Shown: piece by piece, positions 38,791 to 50,216 of the stretch | Numbering within the stretch: the stretch's first letter is position 1 | Layout: each line of letters starts with the position of its first letter | Assembly (NCBI GenBank): GCA_964016885.1 | Contig: OZ024745.1 | Location: forward strand, 102,858,001 to 102,922,000 | Reading direction: 5' to 3' | Origin: Eledone cirrhosa | Taxonomy: Eukaryota | DNA: 64,000 bases | The notes under the pieces: model-generated | The model's input: the letters and a program-made list of their open reading frames with translations, nothing else | What the model was told of the DNA's origin: nothing | Databases searched by the model: none | Position numbers and translations under genes: made by a program

Positions 38791-38946
38791 ATAATTGTAC
38801 ATCGCAGGCGTTGTCAGAAGCTGCACATGTACATGCCTTCACGTAAAATGTCAATGGGCAGCTTAGATTCAATTGCACTTGGAACAATGGCCCAGTCACG
38901 TCCAAGTAGTGGCCTCTATAATGCAGGGATGGAGCCCGCTGACCAC
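38791..38946 (+). CDS. Receptor PTP exon: TM end, basic stop-transfer and juxtamembrane region
   Basis: TTTCAG| ... CAC|GTATGT, 156 bp, phase 0/0. IIVHRRRCQKLHMYMPSRKMSMGSLDSIALGTMAQSRPSSGLYNAGMEPADH. Confidence 0.88.
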
Positions 38947-39172
38947 GTATGTTTGTTTGATCACTGTTCCCATATTTTTCTCTTCTTCCTTTCACATATC
39001 TCATTCACCATTTGTTTTTGATTTTTCCTTTTTTTTGTTGTTGGTGGTGGTGGTGATGATGATATTCATTCTTAAGAGATGTCAACATGAATGGACTTGT
39101 TATTTTTATCTAAAGACATTTTTTCCAATTCCATCCCGCCCGTCCCCTCAATCTATTCTATTTCTCATTCTT

Positions 39173-39208
39173 TCTTCTGATGAAGGATTAGCGTCCCAAA
39201 CGTTAAGA
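39173..39208 (+). ncRNA. Degenerate minimal type I hammerhead ribozyme (Penelope pLTR-like)
   Basis: UCUU-CUGAUGA-A-GGA(uuagcg)UCC-cAAAC-GUU-AAGA. Stems I and II and a palindromic stem III are present, but GAAA reads CAAA. Confidence 0.55.
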
Positions 39209-39292
39209 CCCTCTTCCTGCTATATCAAGCGTTAACCTAATATATAGCTTCCATATACTGTACCGATTGTGTTGTTATTTCTGTTTACTTTT

Positions 39293-39337
<45 letters not shown>

Positions 39338-39539
39338 ATACTTGGGGAGGGTCATATTTGTGTAATAATATTGCCAGAATTAATAACAGAACACACTCAC
39401 TGTTTGGTTGGTTTTCGCTTCTGTGTCTTTTATATTGGTTAATTTAATTTATTCGGTCCTCAATGTTACCATTGACTGACCAACGGTCAAAAATACAGAT
39501 ACAATATAGACACAAACACATATATATAGTCTAACATAT

Positions 39540-39860
39540 ATATATATAGTTTAACATTTTATATATATATATAAAATTGTTACATATATATATAAACACA
39601 TATTTTTATATAGGTATGGAAATACATGTAGTAATATATCTATATAAACAAATATTACATATAGGTATAAAAATATATAGATGTAGTTATATATCTATAT
39701 AAACATATTTTTATATATAGGTATAAAATTATATAGATGTAGTTATCATATATATCTATGTAAATATATATTTTTATATATAGGTATAAAAATATATAGA
39801 TGTAGTTATATATATTTATAAGATGTAGTTATATATATCTATATAAACATATATTTTTAT
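39540..39860. repeat. AT-rich degenerate tandem repeat (~60 bp unit)
   Basis: ATATAGGTATAAAA..ATAGATGTAGTTATATAT..CTATATAAACA recurs about 4-5 times. Confidence 0.75.
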
Positions 39861-40359
39861 GCAGATATTTCTCCTTTTTTCAATACCCAATGATATTATT
39901 CTTATTATCTAACTCATTTTGTATTCTATCTTCTACCCTTAGCTTTATTGATTTTGGCATTGATTAGAATAAATACATAATTTATGTATTCTCTTGGGTT
40001 TTTTCTTTGCCTCTTTTTGTATGTATGTTGTTCTTTTACTTCATAGCATAACTTTTTATTTGCTTCGATTTTGTTTGTGTTTTTGGGGTTGTAAAGAAAA
40101 GATGAAATACAAAACTCATGTATACATGGGTTCTTGTTAGATGAAAGGGGTTGAATGGAGCAAAAAAGTACAATTTAATTCAAACTGCAGATTACTAATA
40201 TTGAGTTGAGATTCAGATGGGCGGATCATGTACAGGGTTAAGTATAGGGGCAGTTTTTAAGGATGTAGAGCTAGTAAAAATAAAGGACTGAGTATTACTT
40301 CTTGGAAATTACATACATGTATGTGAACTGGTGGGGGGGGGGCTTGTGTAGGTTTATAA

Positions 40360-40678
40360 CAGAGAGAGAGAAGGGGGTGTATGAGAGAGTTGGAGAGAGA
40401 AGGGGGAGTGAGAGAGATGGAGAGAGAGAGAGAAGGTGTGAGAGAGATGGAGAGCGAGAAGGGGAGTGAGAGAAATGCAGAGACAGAAGGAGAGAGAGTG
40501 AGAAAGGGGGGGGGTTAGAGAGATGGGGAGAAAGAGAGAGAGTGAGAAAGGGGGTTTAGAGAGATGGGGAGAGAAAAAGAGAGAGTGGGTAGGGGAAGTG
40601 AGAGAAATGGAGAGAGAAAGAGTGAGAAGGGTGAGAGAGACAGAAGGGGGGAGTGAGAGAGAGAAAGGAAGAGAATTG
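40360..40678. repeat. Purine-rich (GA/GGA) low-complexity tract
   Basis: Visible directly. Confidence 0.85.
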
Positions 40679-40756
40679 GCATGTCACAGAATGTGACAAG
40701 GCTGGCCCTTCGAATTACAGCTACAATTCATTTTTGCCAGCTGAGTGAACTGGAGC

Positions 40757-41212
40757 ATCATCATCATCATCATCACCGTTTTACGTCCGTTCTTCCACGC
40801 TAGCATGGGTTAGACGGGTTGTCCTGTTGTGGGCAGTGTCTGGTCGGCTGACCATGCCTTGCTCATACAGGAACTGATCTGGCTTGATTTCTACAGCTGG
40901 ATGCCCTTCCTAACACCAACCTCATTTACAGTGAGTGCTGGGCGCTTTTTCGTGGCGCCTACACGTCCACTTTACAGTGTGGGCTGGGTGCTTTTTTGCC
41001 GTGGCACCTCCACGACCACCTTGCGGTGGGGGGTGTGGAGGCATATTGTCTACATGCTTCAGCTTGTATCCATGGGAGGTCGGGTACTCTGTATGAATAA
41101 AAGCAATGTGAAATAAAGTGTCTTGCTCAAGGACACAGCGTGCCGCCAGGAATCAATCTCACAACCTTATGATCGTGAGCCGAATTCCCTAATCACAAAG
41201 CCACGTGCTTTC
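40757..41212 (-). mobile_element. SINE family A variant
   Basis: (CAT)n tail, stem-loop, two modules and a tRNA-like head at 41100-41212. Confidence 0.8.
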
Positions 41213-41652
41213 ACACATACATACATACATACATACATACATACATACATGGTGGCTGCCAACTCGTTTTCGAGTACGGCCACTACTTTATATCCATGTA
41301 GGAGAACCCCTACCGATGGGCTGAACGAGTGTGACTTTTTAGTCCAGCCAATGACTCGAAAACTCTGGTACAAACACTACACTTGTGATGACAAGTGCAG
41401 AGAGATCTCCAGATATAAAGCATACATACATACATACATACATACATACACACACACAATCACACATAAAAACAAACAGTTTCCATCTACTAATTTTCAT
41501 TACCAAGACAATGGTCAACTCAAGACTATAGAAGAAGACAACCACAGCCATGACTGTGCCTGTCAGTATTTAATTCAATATTTCAATTCCTATGTGGCTT
41601 CATATAGCTTTTTATATCAACAAATATCAAATACTTGGTATTGTTATTTTAA

Positions 41653-41872
41653 ACTGTTAGCATTTAAACCAGCCAAATCCAGCCAGAATTCTTTCACCTC
41701 CTTCTGTTCAAACTGGCTGTAACCGACCGCTCATACTGATGTTAGGTTATTGTTCTAAAATAAATAATATCAAAATCTCATAGATTCGATATTATGTGAG
41801 ATAATTATGTAAGGTAAAGCTTTTACCATGAAAATGAAATAGTAAATATAGAGTAATGTAAATGCTAAAGGG
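41653..41872. mobile_element. piggyBac-type MITE
   Basis: TTAA-flanked, ending AATGCTAAAGGG|TTAA. Confidence 0.82.
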
Positions 41873-42381
41873 TTAAATGAGTGTTAAAGACTTGGTTATA
41901 TTATATCTCCCCCACCCACTTACAAAAAACACACAGACACGTGCCAAAAAGAAAGTAATATTTTTTTAAGTTGAAGAGGTCAGTAGCTCTGCATAATTAT
42001 TAGCTTGGTCCATGATGAACTGTCTAGCCCTTGCTAGTAGGAAAAATACATGTTAGATGATGATGATGGTGGTCATAATGATGATGGTGATAATGTATTG
42101 ATTTTTCTCTATATAAACACAACGTCTTTGGTGTGTTTTCCAAACATTTAGAGGACTCCATTTCATGTCCAGCCATACATCTGGCAATTTTCTCCAATGC
42201 ATGCAAATACATCTGGAAATGATATATGGATTCAGTGAAAATGATTTACTTCCATTGACATGGTATATTATTAGTATTGATTCTGATTTAATATAAGTAG
42301 AATGTTATAACGATTTCCTTGGATATCATTCATAATAACTATAGCTATTTTTCATCAAAACATTTTTTTTACTGTTTAGTC

Positions 42382-42544
42382 CAGTCATGGGCAAACTGCA
42401 GCCCATGACTGGATGTGGTCCGTTTGGTATTCTGAATGGCATGCCTGATTTCAAAATTGCCTTGAATTTTTTAGTAGTGCGACTAGTCTTATGATGAGCC
42501 ACATGTTATGCGGCCCAGTTCTCAACAAAGGTTGCCCATGCTTA
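42382..42544. mobile_element. hAT-type MITE
   Basis: TIRs CAGTCATGGGCAA / TTGCCCATGCTTA with the 8-bp TSD GTTTAGTC at 42374-42381 and 42545-42552. Confidence 0.85.
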
Positions 42545-43089
42545 GTTTAGTCTATGAACTATGAAAGTTTTCTGTGACTTGTGGGAAGAATGGAGGAATG
42601 AGTCTTAGAGTTGGAGGTCTGCTCTGAATTCTTGCAACATAGTAGGCTCTAATAAAGGCAACTAAAGGCTAGGTGGAGATATTAAACTAGCTGACAGATG
42701 AAGTGTACCACCCAAATAGGCCTTAACAAGATTTGGACTTAGAATGCAAAGAACTAAAACAAATATTACAATGCATCTTGTCCCACATTCTTACAGATCC
42801 ATCAGATCACTATCATGGATTGGTACTTTATATATATATATATATAAATATGATGATTATATATATATCATCATCATATTTATATATATATATAAATATG
42901 ATGATTATATATATATGTCAAATAGTATATGTAACGGCTTGAACGAAAGTGAAAGCTCTCACTTTTCGTAAAGATGGCTGCATTTGTTTATTTATATATT
43001 TGTGTGTATGTGACTTGGAAACTGTTAAAATTCTATGTATCAGCCATTACGGTTCTCACTAAACAACCAACCGCTTCACCTCCACCACA

Positions 43090-46000
43090 TTCAGTATATA
43101 AGCCTGACACTGTATGCTAACCACTCCCTCATGAATATATCATAGAACAGACAGGGGTGGACGGAGGCTCCGTAAGCCGAGATGTAGGCAACTCGTCTAG
43201 GAGAGCTACCACTCCAAATAAATTGGTGCAGAGTAGAGAAGTTCCCTAAGTCCAGTAAGACGACCTCTCTAGTGCTGGTGGCATGAATAAAAGCACCTAG
43301 TCTATGCTGTAAAATGGAGGGGTGGATAGAGCCCGAGTTCAGTAAGACGACCTCTCTAGTGCTGGTGGCACGAATAAAAGCACCCAGTCCATGCTGTAAA
43401 GTGGTGCTGGTGTTAGGAAGGGCATCCAACCAGTATAATAAATGCCAAAATTATGAGCACAACAAATAAGAATTGCAACAACTGTGTCAACAGCAATAAC
43501 ACTAACCATGTTAGGGCTGCGCACAGTAGTGGGGTGGCTGGTGCGGCCATGTGCGAGAACCCTTCGACCGTCATCAAGCAATCACACAAAAACAACTGCA
43601 TAAGCAGCAGTAACACTAACCATGTTAGGGCTGTGCATGGTGGTGGGGTGGCTAGTGAGGCCATGTGTGAGAACCCCACGACCATCATCAGGAAATCGCA
43701 CAACAGGAAAAAGAATGAGACGTCGCATCTCAGAGTTGTCACACTTAATGTTGGCACTCTAACAGGTAGATCTGGTGAGATAGTGGAGATGCTGGAGAGA
43801 ATGTATGTGGATGTGTGCTGTGTGCAAGAGGTGAGATGGAGAGGTGCCTTTGCAAGACTAATTGCAGGCAAACATCGTAGTTATCAGCTTTTCTGGGTGG
43901 GTAATGATGATGGGTTAGGTGGGGTGGGCATATTACTGACTGAGAGATGGATCAATAAGACAATAGAGGCAGTTAGAGTTACTTTTACAAGCAACTTTTA
44001 CAAACAGCCTCAATGACAGAGAACAGAGACATCGTTATGCTAGCTGGGGACTTCAATGGACATGTTGGACAAATCCAGGATGGAGACACTGGGGTACATG
44101 GTGGGCACGGTTATGGCTCAAGAAAGGAAGAAGGAGTGAGGCTTCTTGAATTTTGTGATGCAAATGTACTAACCATTTGCAACACTACCTTCCAGAAGCC
44201 TACCAACCACCTAATAACCTACAAATTAGGCAAGCACATAAGCCAGATTGACTTCTGCTAGTTAGACAGTGAGACAGACAGATGGTGTCAAATACTAAGG
44301 AATACCCCGCGGAAGAATCTACCCCACAGCATAGGTTAGTCGTTAGTGACATCTCAGTAAGCAAGAGAAAGAATGAGACATACAGGAAGGTGTGGAAAAG
44401 AAAGGTCTGGATGCTAAAAGACCTTTCATTAAAATATAAATTTAGCAAAGCCCTTCAAGATGTGTATGACGAAAAAGAAGACGATTTAGAATTGTATGAC
44501 ATAGATGATAACTAGAATTTCTTGCATGGCAACTTACTGCAGGCTACTGAAGAAACTTGTGGTTGGGGCAGAGCTTCAACCAGACTGGCATGGAAGTCTT
44601 GGAAAAATGGTGGGAGTAGAGAAGGATACATAGCCGCTAAGAGAGAAGCTAGACATCAGGTGTACTTAGCACGCAGGGAGGCTGAGAGTAGGAGATTTGC
44701 CAATGTTCTGCGACGGGAAGATCAGAGACATGCGGTGTTCTGCATTGCAAGGCAGTGTATCAGTGCAAATCAGGATGTTGCTAGAGATAAGTGTGTCCGG
44801 AATGATGCTGGTGTACTTAGTGTCACAAATGATCAAAAAAAGGAGGCCTGGAGATGTCATTATGAGAGACTGCTCAATGTGGAGAAAGATGGGACAGAGA
44901 GAAATTACCCCCAGTAGACCCGGCAGAGGGACCAGCTATTGAGATTGACGAATATAGGGTACAAGAGGCAATTAAGGAAATGAAGAATGGTAAGGCTGCT
45001 GGACCATCGCGGATAGTTGCTGAGATGCTGAAGGCATCAGGAGAAGTAGGCACTAAACTAGTTGCACGCATTATTAATCAAGCTATATATGGTGGTGACA
45101 TACCCAAAGACTGGTGCAGCAGTATTCTCATAAATTGCTACAAAGGTAAAGGGGATTCTCTAGAGAGGAGCAATTATAGGGGCATAAAGCTGATGGATCA
45201 GGTTATGAAAGTGGCAAGGAGAATATTAGCGCAACTGATTAGAGAAAGGGTCAAATTAGATGAGATGCAGTTTGGTTTTGTGCCTCGGAAAAGTACAACA
45301 GATGCCCTCTTCTTAGTGAGACAACTACAAGAGAGGTTCTTAGAGAAGAATAAGCCACTATATTAGCTTTTGTTGACCTAGAGAAGGCCTTTGATAGGGT
45401 ACCTCGATATGTCATCTGGTGGTCCCTAAGGAAACTAGGTGTAGAGGAATGGCTTGTGAGGACAGTGCAAGCTATGTACAGGGGTACTGTCAGTAAAGTG
45501 AGAATAGGAATGGAGTTTAGTGAGGAATTCCAGATACAAGTAGGTGTACATCAGGGTTTGATCCTCAGCCTGCTCTTGTTCATTATAGTCCTCCAAGCCA
45601 TAACAGAGGAGTTTAAAACTGGCTGCCCATGGGAACTTCTCTATGCTGAGCATATGGTTCTTATAGCAGAATTAGTAAAGGAGCTAGAGAATAAATTCTG
45701 GCTATGGAAACAGCAGTTGGAAGCAAGAGGCCTGAGAGTGAACATAGCTAAAACAAAGGCGTTGATAAGTAGAAGAGAGGACAATACTCTGATTCCATCA
45801 GGGAAATGGCCTTGTTCGATATATAGGAAAGTAAATGGCATAAATTCCATAAACTGGCATAAATTCCATAAAATGTACGCATTGCAGATCTTGGGTACAC
45901 AAGAGATGTAGTGGGATAGCAGGCAAACTAACAGGTAGGGAAAACTACGTATGCAGTAGATGTACAGGGAAAGTTGGCAGTATTAATCGCAGTGATAGAC

Positions 46001-46663
46001 ACATTTTTCCAATGCAGCTGGATTCTATAGAAGTGGTTGATAGCTTCTGGTACCTAGGTGATCAGATTAGCATGGGAGGGAGGTGTTCCGAGGCCATAGT
46101 ATCTAGAATAAGGACAGGTTGGAAGAAGTTTAGGGAGCTGCTTCCTCTGTTGACAAAGAAGGGTTTCTCTCTGCATACGAAAGGACGGTTATATGATGCC
46201 TGTGTGAGATGCACGATGCTGCATGGTAGTGAGACATGGGCAGCAACTGCAGAAGATATGCGACGGCTGGAGAGAAATGAAGCAAGTATGCTCCGTTGGA
46301 TGTACAATGCCAATGTGCATCAATGACCAAGCATAGACGAGATGAGAAAGAAACTGGGTATAAGAAGGATAAGTTGTGGTGCAGGAGAGAAGGCTGAGAT
46401 GGTATGGACTTGTGATGCTCATGGAGGATGACCACTGGGTAAAGAAGTGCCAAGAAATCCCAGTAGAAGGAAGACGCAGTAGAGGTAGACCACGAAAAAC
46501 ATGGGCGGAGCTGGTGAGAGCAGACCTCAGATTGCTGATACTCACCGAGGAGATGACGAAGGACCGTGACATGTGGAGAGATGCTGTGCTCAATAGGACT
46601 TGTCCAACCCTTGCAAGCAGGGAAAAGTGGACGTAAAATGATGATGATGCTGATGATGATGAT
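43090..46663 (+). mobile_element. Near full-length RTE LINE (pseudogenised)
   Basis: 5'UTR, ATG at 43453, APE (VTLNVGTLTGR, CVQEVRW, GDFNGHVG), RT (QFGF, DLEKAFDRV, GVHQG, YAEH in place of YADD), PHD-like finger, RGRPRKTW, stop at 46636, stem-loop plus (GAT)n tail. Many frameshifts. The 5' boundary is approximate. Confidence 0.93.
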
Positions 46664-46787
46664 AGAGAGAGAGAGAGAGTGAAAAAAGTGTAGACGTTGG
46701 AAAACGTTCTATACAGATCACATTATATAAGGAAAATGATAATAAAAAAGAAAGGGTTTTGAAAAGCACACCTGGTATATGTGTGTG

Positions 46788-46818
<31 letters not shown>

Positions 46819-46907
46819 AGCTGAACAATGTAAACAAAAAGACAAACTTTACTGCTTAATCGTTTGTTAAAATATTTGCATCCCTACTGTATGGAGTTCT
46901 AACAGTA

Positions 46908-46942
<35 letters not shown>

Positions 46943-46959
46943 GGAAAAATAGACATTAA

Positions 46960-47179
46960 CCCTTTAGTGTTCAAACCGATCAAAACCGGCCAGAATTCTC
47001 TACCTCTTTCTGTTGAAACTGGCTGAAACTGGTTGCTCAAACTGATGTTAAGGTATTGTTCTCAAAATAAATACTTTCAAAATCTCATAGATTCGATATT
47101 ATGTGAGATAATTATGTGAGGTAAAGCTTTTACCATGAAAATATAATAGTATATATAAAATAATGTGAATGCTAAAGGA
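46960..47179. mobile_element. piggyBac-type MITE
   Basis: TTAA|CCCTTTAG ... GCTAAAGGA|TTAA. Confidence 0.85.
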
Positions 47180-47206
47180 TTAAATGATGCTTAGATATGT
47201 ATATTA

Positions 47207-47612
47207 TCACCATCACCATTTAATGTCTATTTTCCATGCCAGCATGGGTTAGACAGGCTGTCATGTTGTGAGGCCAAGCAGGTCCAGAGACCTCATCTTG
47301 CCTAGATTTTCTACAGCTGGATGCCCTTTCTAATGGCAAATACCTTACATTGTGAACTTGGTGCTTTTTGTCACGGCACTAGACCAGCCCTCTCAAAGGG
47401 TAGAGTGGGTGCTTTTTGTCATGGCACTAGGACCACCCTCTCACAGGGTGGACTGGGTGCTTTTTGTCATGCCACTTGAATAACCCTCTCACAGGGTGGA
47501 CTGGGTACTTTTTGTCATGCCACTTGAACAACCCTCTCACAGGGTGGACTGGGTGCTTTTTGTCATGGCACATGAACCGCCCTCTTACAGAGTAGACTGG
47601 GAGTATTTTGTT
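47207..47612 (-). mobile_element. SINE A / RTE-3'UTR-type element with expanded ~47-bp tandem module
   Basis: Tail stem-loop and GGATGCCCTT, then about 5-6 copies of CCCTCTCACAGGGTGGACTGGGTGCTTTTTGTCATG. Confidence 0.75.
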
Positions 47613-48299
47613 ATGCAAAATGATAGAGCAAGTGTTAGGCAATATGTAGATCAATGAATGTGTAATGGGGTAGCTTTGAAAAGAGTGAGTTGCATTTGGC
47701 AGCATGTTGAGGAATGTGTCTGGCTCTCCATACTTGCATGGGTTGGACAGGATGGTTCACTGTGGCTGCAACAGGAGGATAAATGTACACATCATCATCA
47801 TTAAAGATTTATTTCCCATACCCACCTGGGCCAGATAGGTTGTCATGTTCTGTGAGTAAAATGGATATTGGGAGAGAAGCATAGGCTATATATTGATACC
47901 CGATGAGGAGAAAGATATCTCACCATGGAAGAAAGAAGCACCGGTTTATAGGGACGACCCTGGAGCAAGTGAGTTGGACAGGAAAGGTGAGTCATGGATA
48001 GGAAAGTGAAGGGTGAGGTGGGGAGCATGAGTTGGATGGGGGAAGCATTAGATTCACTGTAGCTTTCCATGATGGCATGGGTTGGATGAGGAAAAGGAGG
48101 ATAAGGTATGAGGTGGGGAACTAAATATGGGTGGGCAAGTGGGGAAATTGGAGTGGGAGATATGAGTTAGATGAGTGAAGCGAATCAAAAAATGTTTAGC
48201 TTTCCCCATTGGCATGGGGAAGTGGGGTGTATCAGTGGGCAGGGACTAATGGAGGGTATCAAATGAAGTACACTGGTGAAATAAACCTTTTCTAATCCT

Positions 48300-48921
48300 G
48301 GGAAAGGTCCATAGAAGTGATTGATAGCTTTTGCTCTCTAGGTGGCCTAATTAGCCATGAAGGAGATTGCCCTGAAAGCATGGTAGCTAGAATAAGAACA
48401 GGCTATTCAAATTCAGGGAGCTACTATCACTGTTTACAACAAAGGAATTTTCTCTATGAGCAAAGGGTAGATTGTTTGATTCCTGCATGGAAGGGAAACA
48501 TGGGTAGTAAATTTAGAGGTTATAAGGAAACTGAAGAGAAATGAAGCAAGCATGCTTGGATGGATGTGTGATGTTATTGTGCATGGACAGTGAAGCATGG
48601 ATGAGCTGAGAGCGAAATTGTGTATAAGGGAAATCAGATGGAGTGTGGAGTGTGCAAGGGAGAAGACTCTGCTGGTTTAGACATGTAATCTCTATGAAGG
48701 AAGATGATTCGGTGAAGAAGTGCCAGGAGCTTCCACTGGAAAGAAGTTACAGTAGAAGTCGGCCAAGGAAAATCTGGGCAAAAGTGGTAAGAGTGGATTT
48801 TAAAACACTGAACATCACAGAGGAGATAAACAAAAGCAATATGGAAGGAAGTTCTGCTGGAAATGACTTGTTCAACCCTGGCAAGCATGGACAAGCTGAT
48901 GTCAAAAGGATCATGTTGATG

Positions 48922-48922
<1 letters not shown>
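48300..48922 (+). mobile_element. Degraded RTE 3' fragment
   Basis: IEVIDSFCSLGG..MVARIRTG; [22 protein letters not shown]; tail CCCTGGCAAGCATGG. Confidence 0.8.
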
Positions 48923-48961
<39 letters not shown>

Positions 48962-48965
48962 AGAT

Positions 48966-49035
<70 letters not shown>

Positions 49036-49363
49036 GTGTGTATGGATGTATATATATATATATATAATGTGTGTGTGTGTGTGTATATGGATATATATGT
49101 ATATATAGGTATATATATGTATATATATGTATATATATATATATATGTGTGTATATATGTATATATATATATGTATATATATATGCATAGATATATGTAT
49201 ATATATATGCATAGATATATGTATATATATGCATATATATATGTATATATATATGTATATATATGCATATATATATGTATATATATATGTATATATGCAT
49301 ATATATATGTATATATATGTATATATATGTATATATATGTATATATATGTATATGTATGCATA

Positions 49364-49399
<36 letters not shown>
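48923..49399. repeat. Compound (TA)n/(TATG)n/(TG)n microsatellite
   Basis: Visible directly. It is the source of the spurious YI-rich ORFs. Confidence 0.95.
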
Positions 49400-49400
<1 letters not shown>

Positions 49401-49524
49401 TTAGGGTAAATATTGATACAATCCAATTCAAGCACTCCATGTACTTTTTCCACATAGGAATGACAGAGTATATTTAGAATAAGAAAATGTGAAGTAGTTT
49501 CAGATGTTAAAGTCCTTTATTGAT

Positions 49525-49607
49525 AAGGCTGTGATACATATTTCAATGACGACAGTGGCCACACAATTCCACGTACCCTGTGCCATGATCTCATCAGACA
49601 GCTTCTT
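49525..49607 (-). ncRNA. Type I hammerhead ribozyme candidate
   Basis: Minus strand reads aaGCUGU-CUGAUGA-GAUcAUGGCA...UGUCGUcAUU-GAAA-UAUGU-AUC^ACAGCcuu. Both core boxes are intact and stems I-III can pair. AAUAAA lies 11 nt past the cleavage site. Confidence 0.72.
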
Positions 49608-49889
49608 ACATAATACGGTTACGTTCCCGAGGCAATCCAAATTGAAACGACAAGGGAACGGACAAAGAGGATGTTGTTGAAGCTTTTGCCTATTCCCTTG
49701 GGAGCCCCAATTCACCTCCACAGCTTTGTGCAGGTACAGATCTGAAGGAAGTTGACCATCTAACTACTACCCCGAAACACAACAAAACTAGCCTAGGCAA
49801 GTCCCCCCTTCCCTCAACCAATCAATGACACCCATCCAGGCCAGTGAGGTGCCACAGTTATAGGGTTCATGCCAACCACTAAGTTGTAG

Positions 49890-49924
<35 letters not shown>

Positions 49925-50007
49925 GTGTATGGATGTATATACAATATGTGTGTACATGTGTGTATGTTATTTTCTATCACAATAAAAATTATATGTATTT
50001 ATTTCAG

Positions 50008-50088
50008 GCTGAATTGTCCCATCCACTGAATTACCGCGGGCTGAAAAACATGTGTAATGATACAGACAGAATCTATGATGAGTTTCAA
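50008..50088 (+). CDS. Receptor PTP exon: start of the PTP domain (..IYDEFQ)
   Basis: TTTCAG| ... CAA|GTAAGA, 81 bp, phase 0/0. AELSHPLNYRGLKNMCNDTDRIYDEFQ. Confidence 0.88.
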
Positions 50089-50216
50089 GTAAGAAAATAT
50101 ATTTGAATTAATATCTATAAAATTTGAACCTAGTATAACCAAACAAATATGAGCTGGAAGCATTAACAAAATCCTACCCCAAAATCATGAAAATATAGTT
50201 AATCAAATTAATACAG

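Noticed and set aside
41321-41365. Hammerhead-like CTGAAC-GAGT...ACTC-GAAA
   Set aside because: The core does not fit CUGANGA followed by stem II, and stems I and III are not evident. It is kept only as part of the structured insert finding.
42938-42975. Hairpin CGAAAGTGA-AAGCTC-TCACTTTTCG as a ribozyme or terminator
   Set aside because: No intact catalytic boxes, and intrinsic terminators are not relevant in this context.
48634-49477. Long YI/IY-rich ORFs
   Set aside because: They are (TA)n microsatellite translations.
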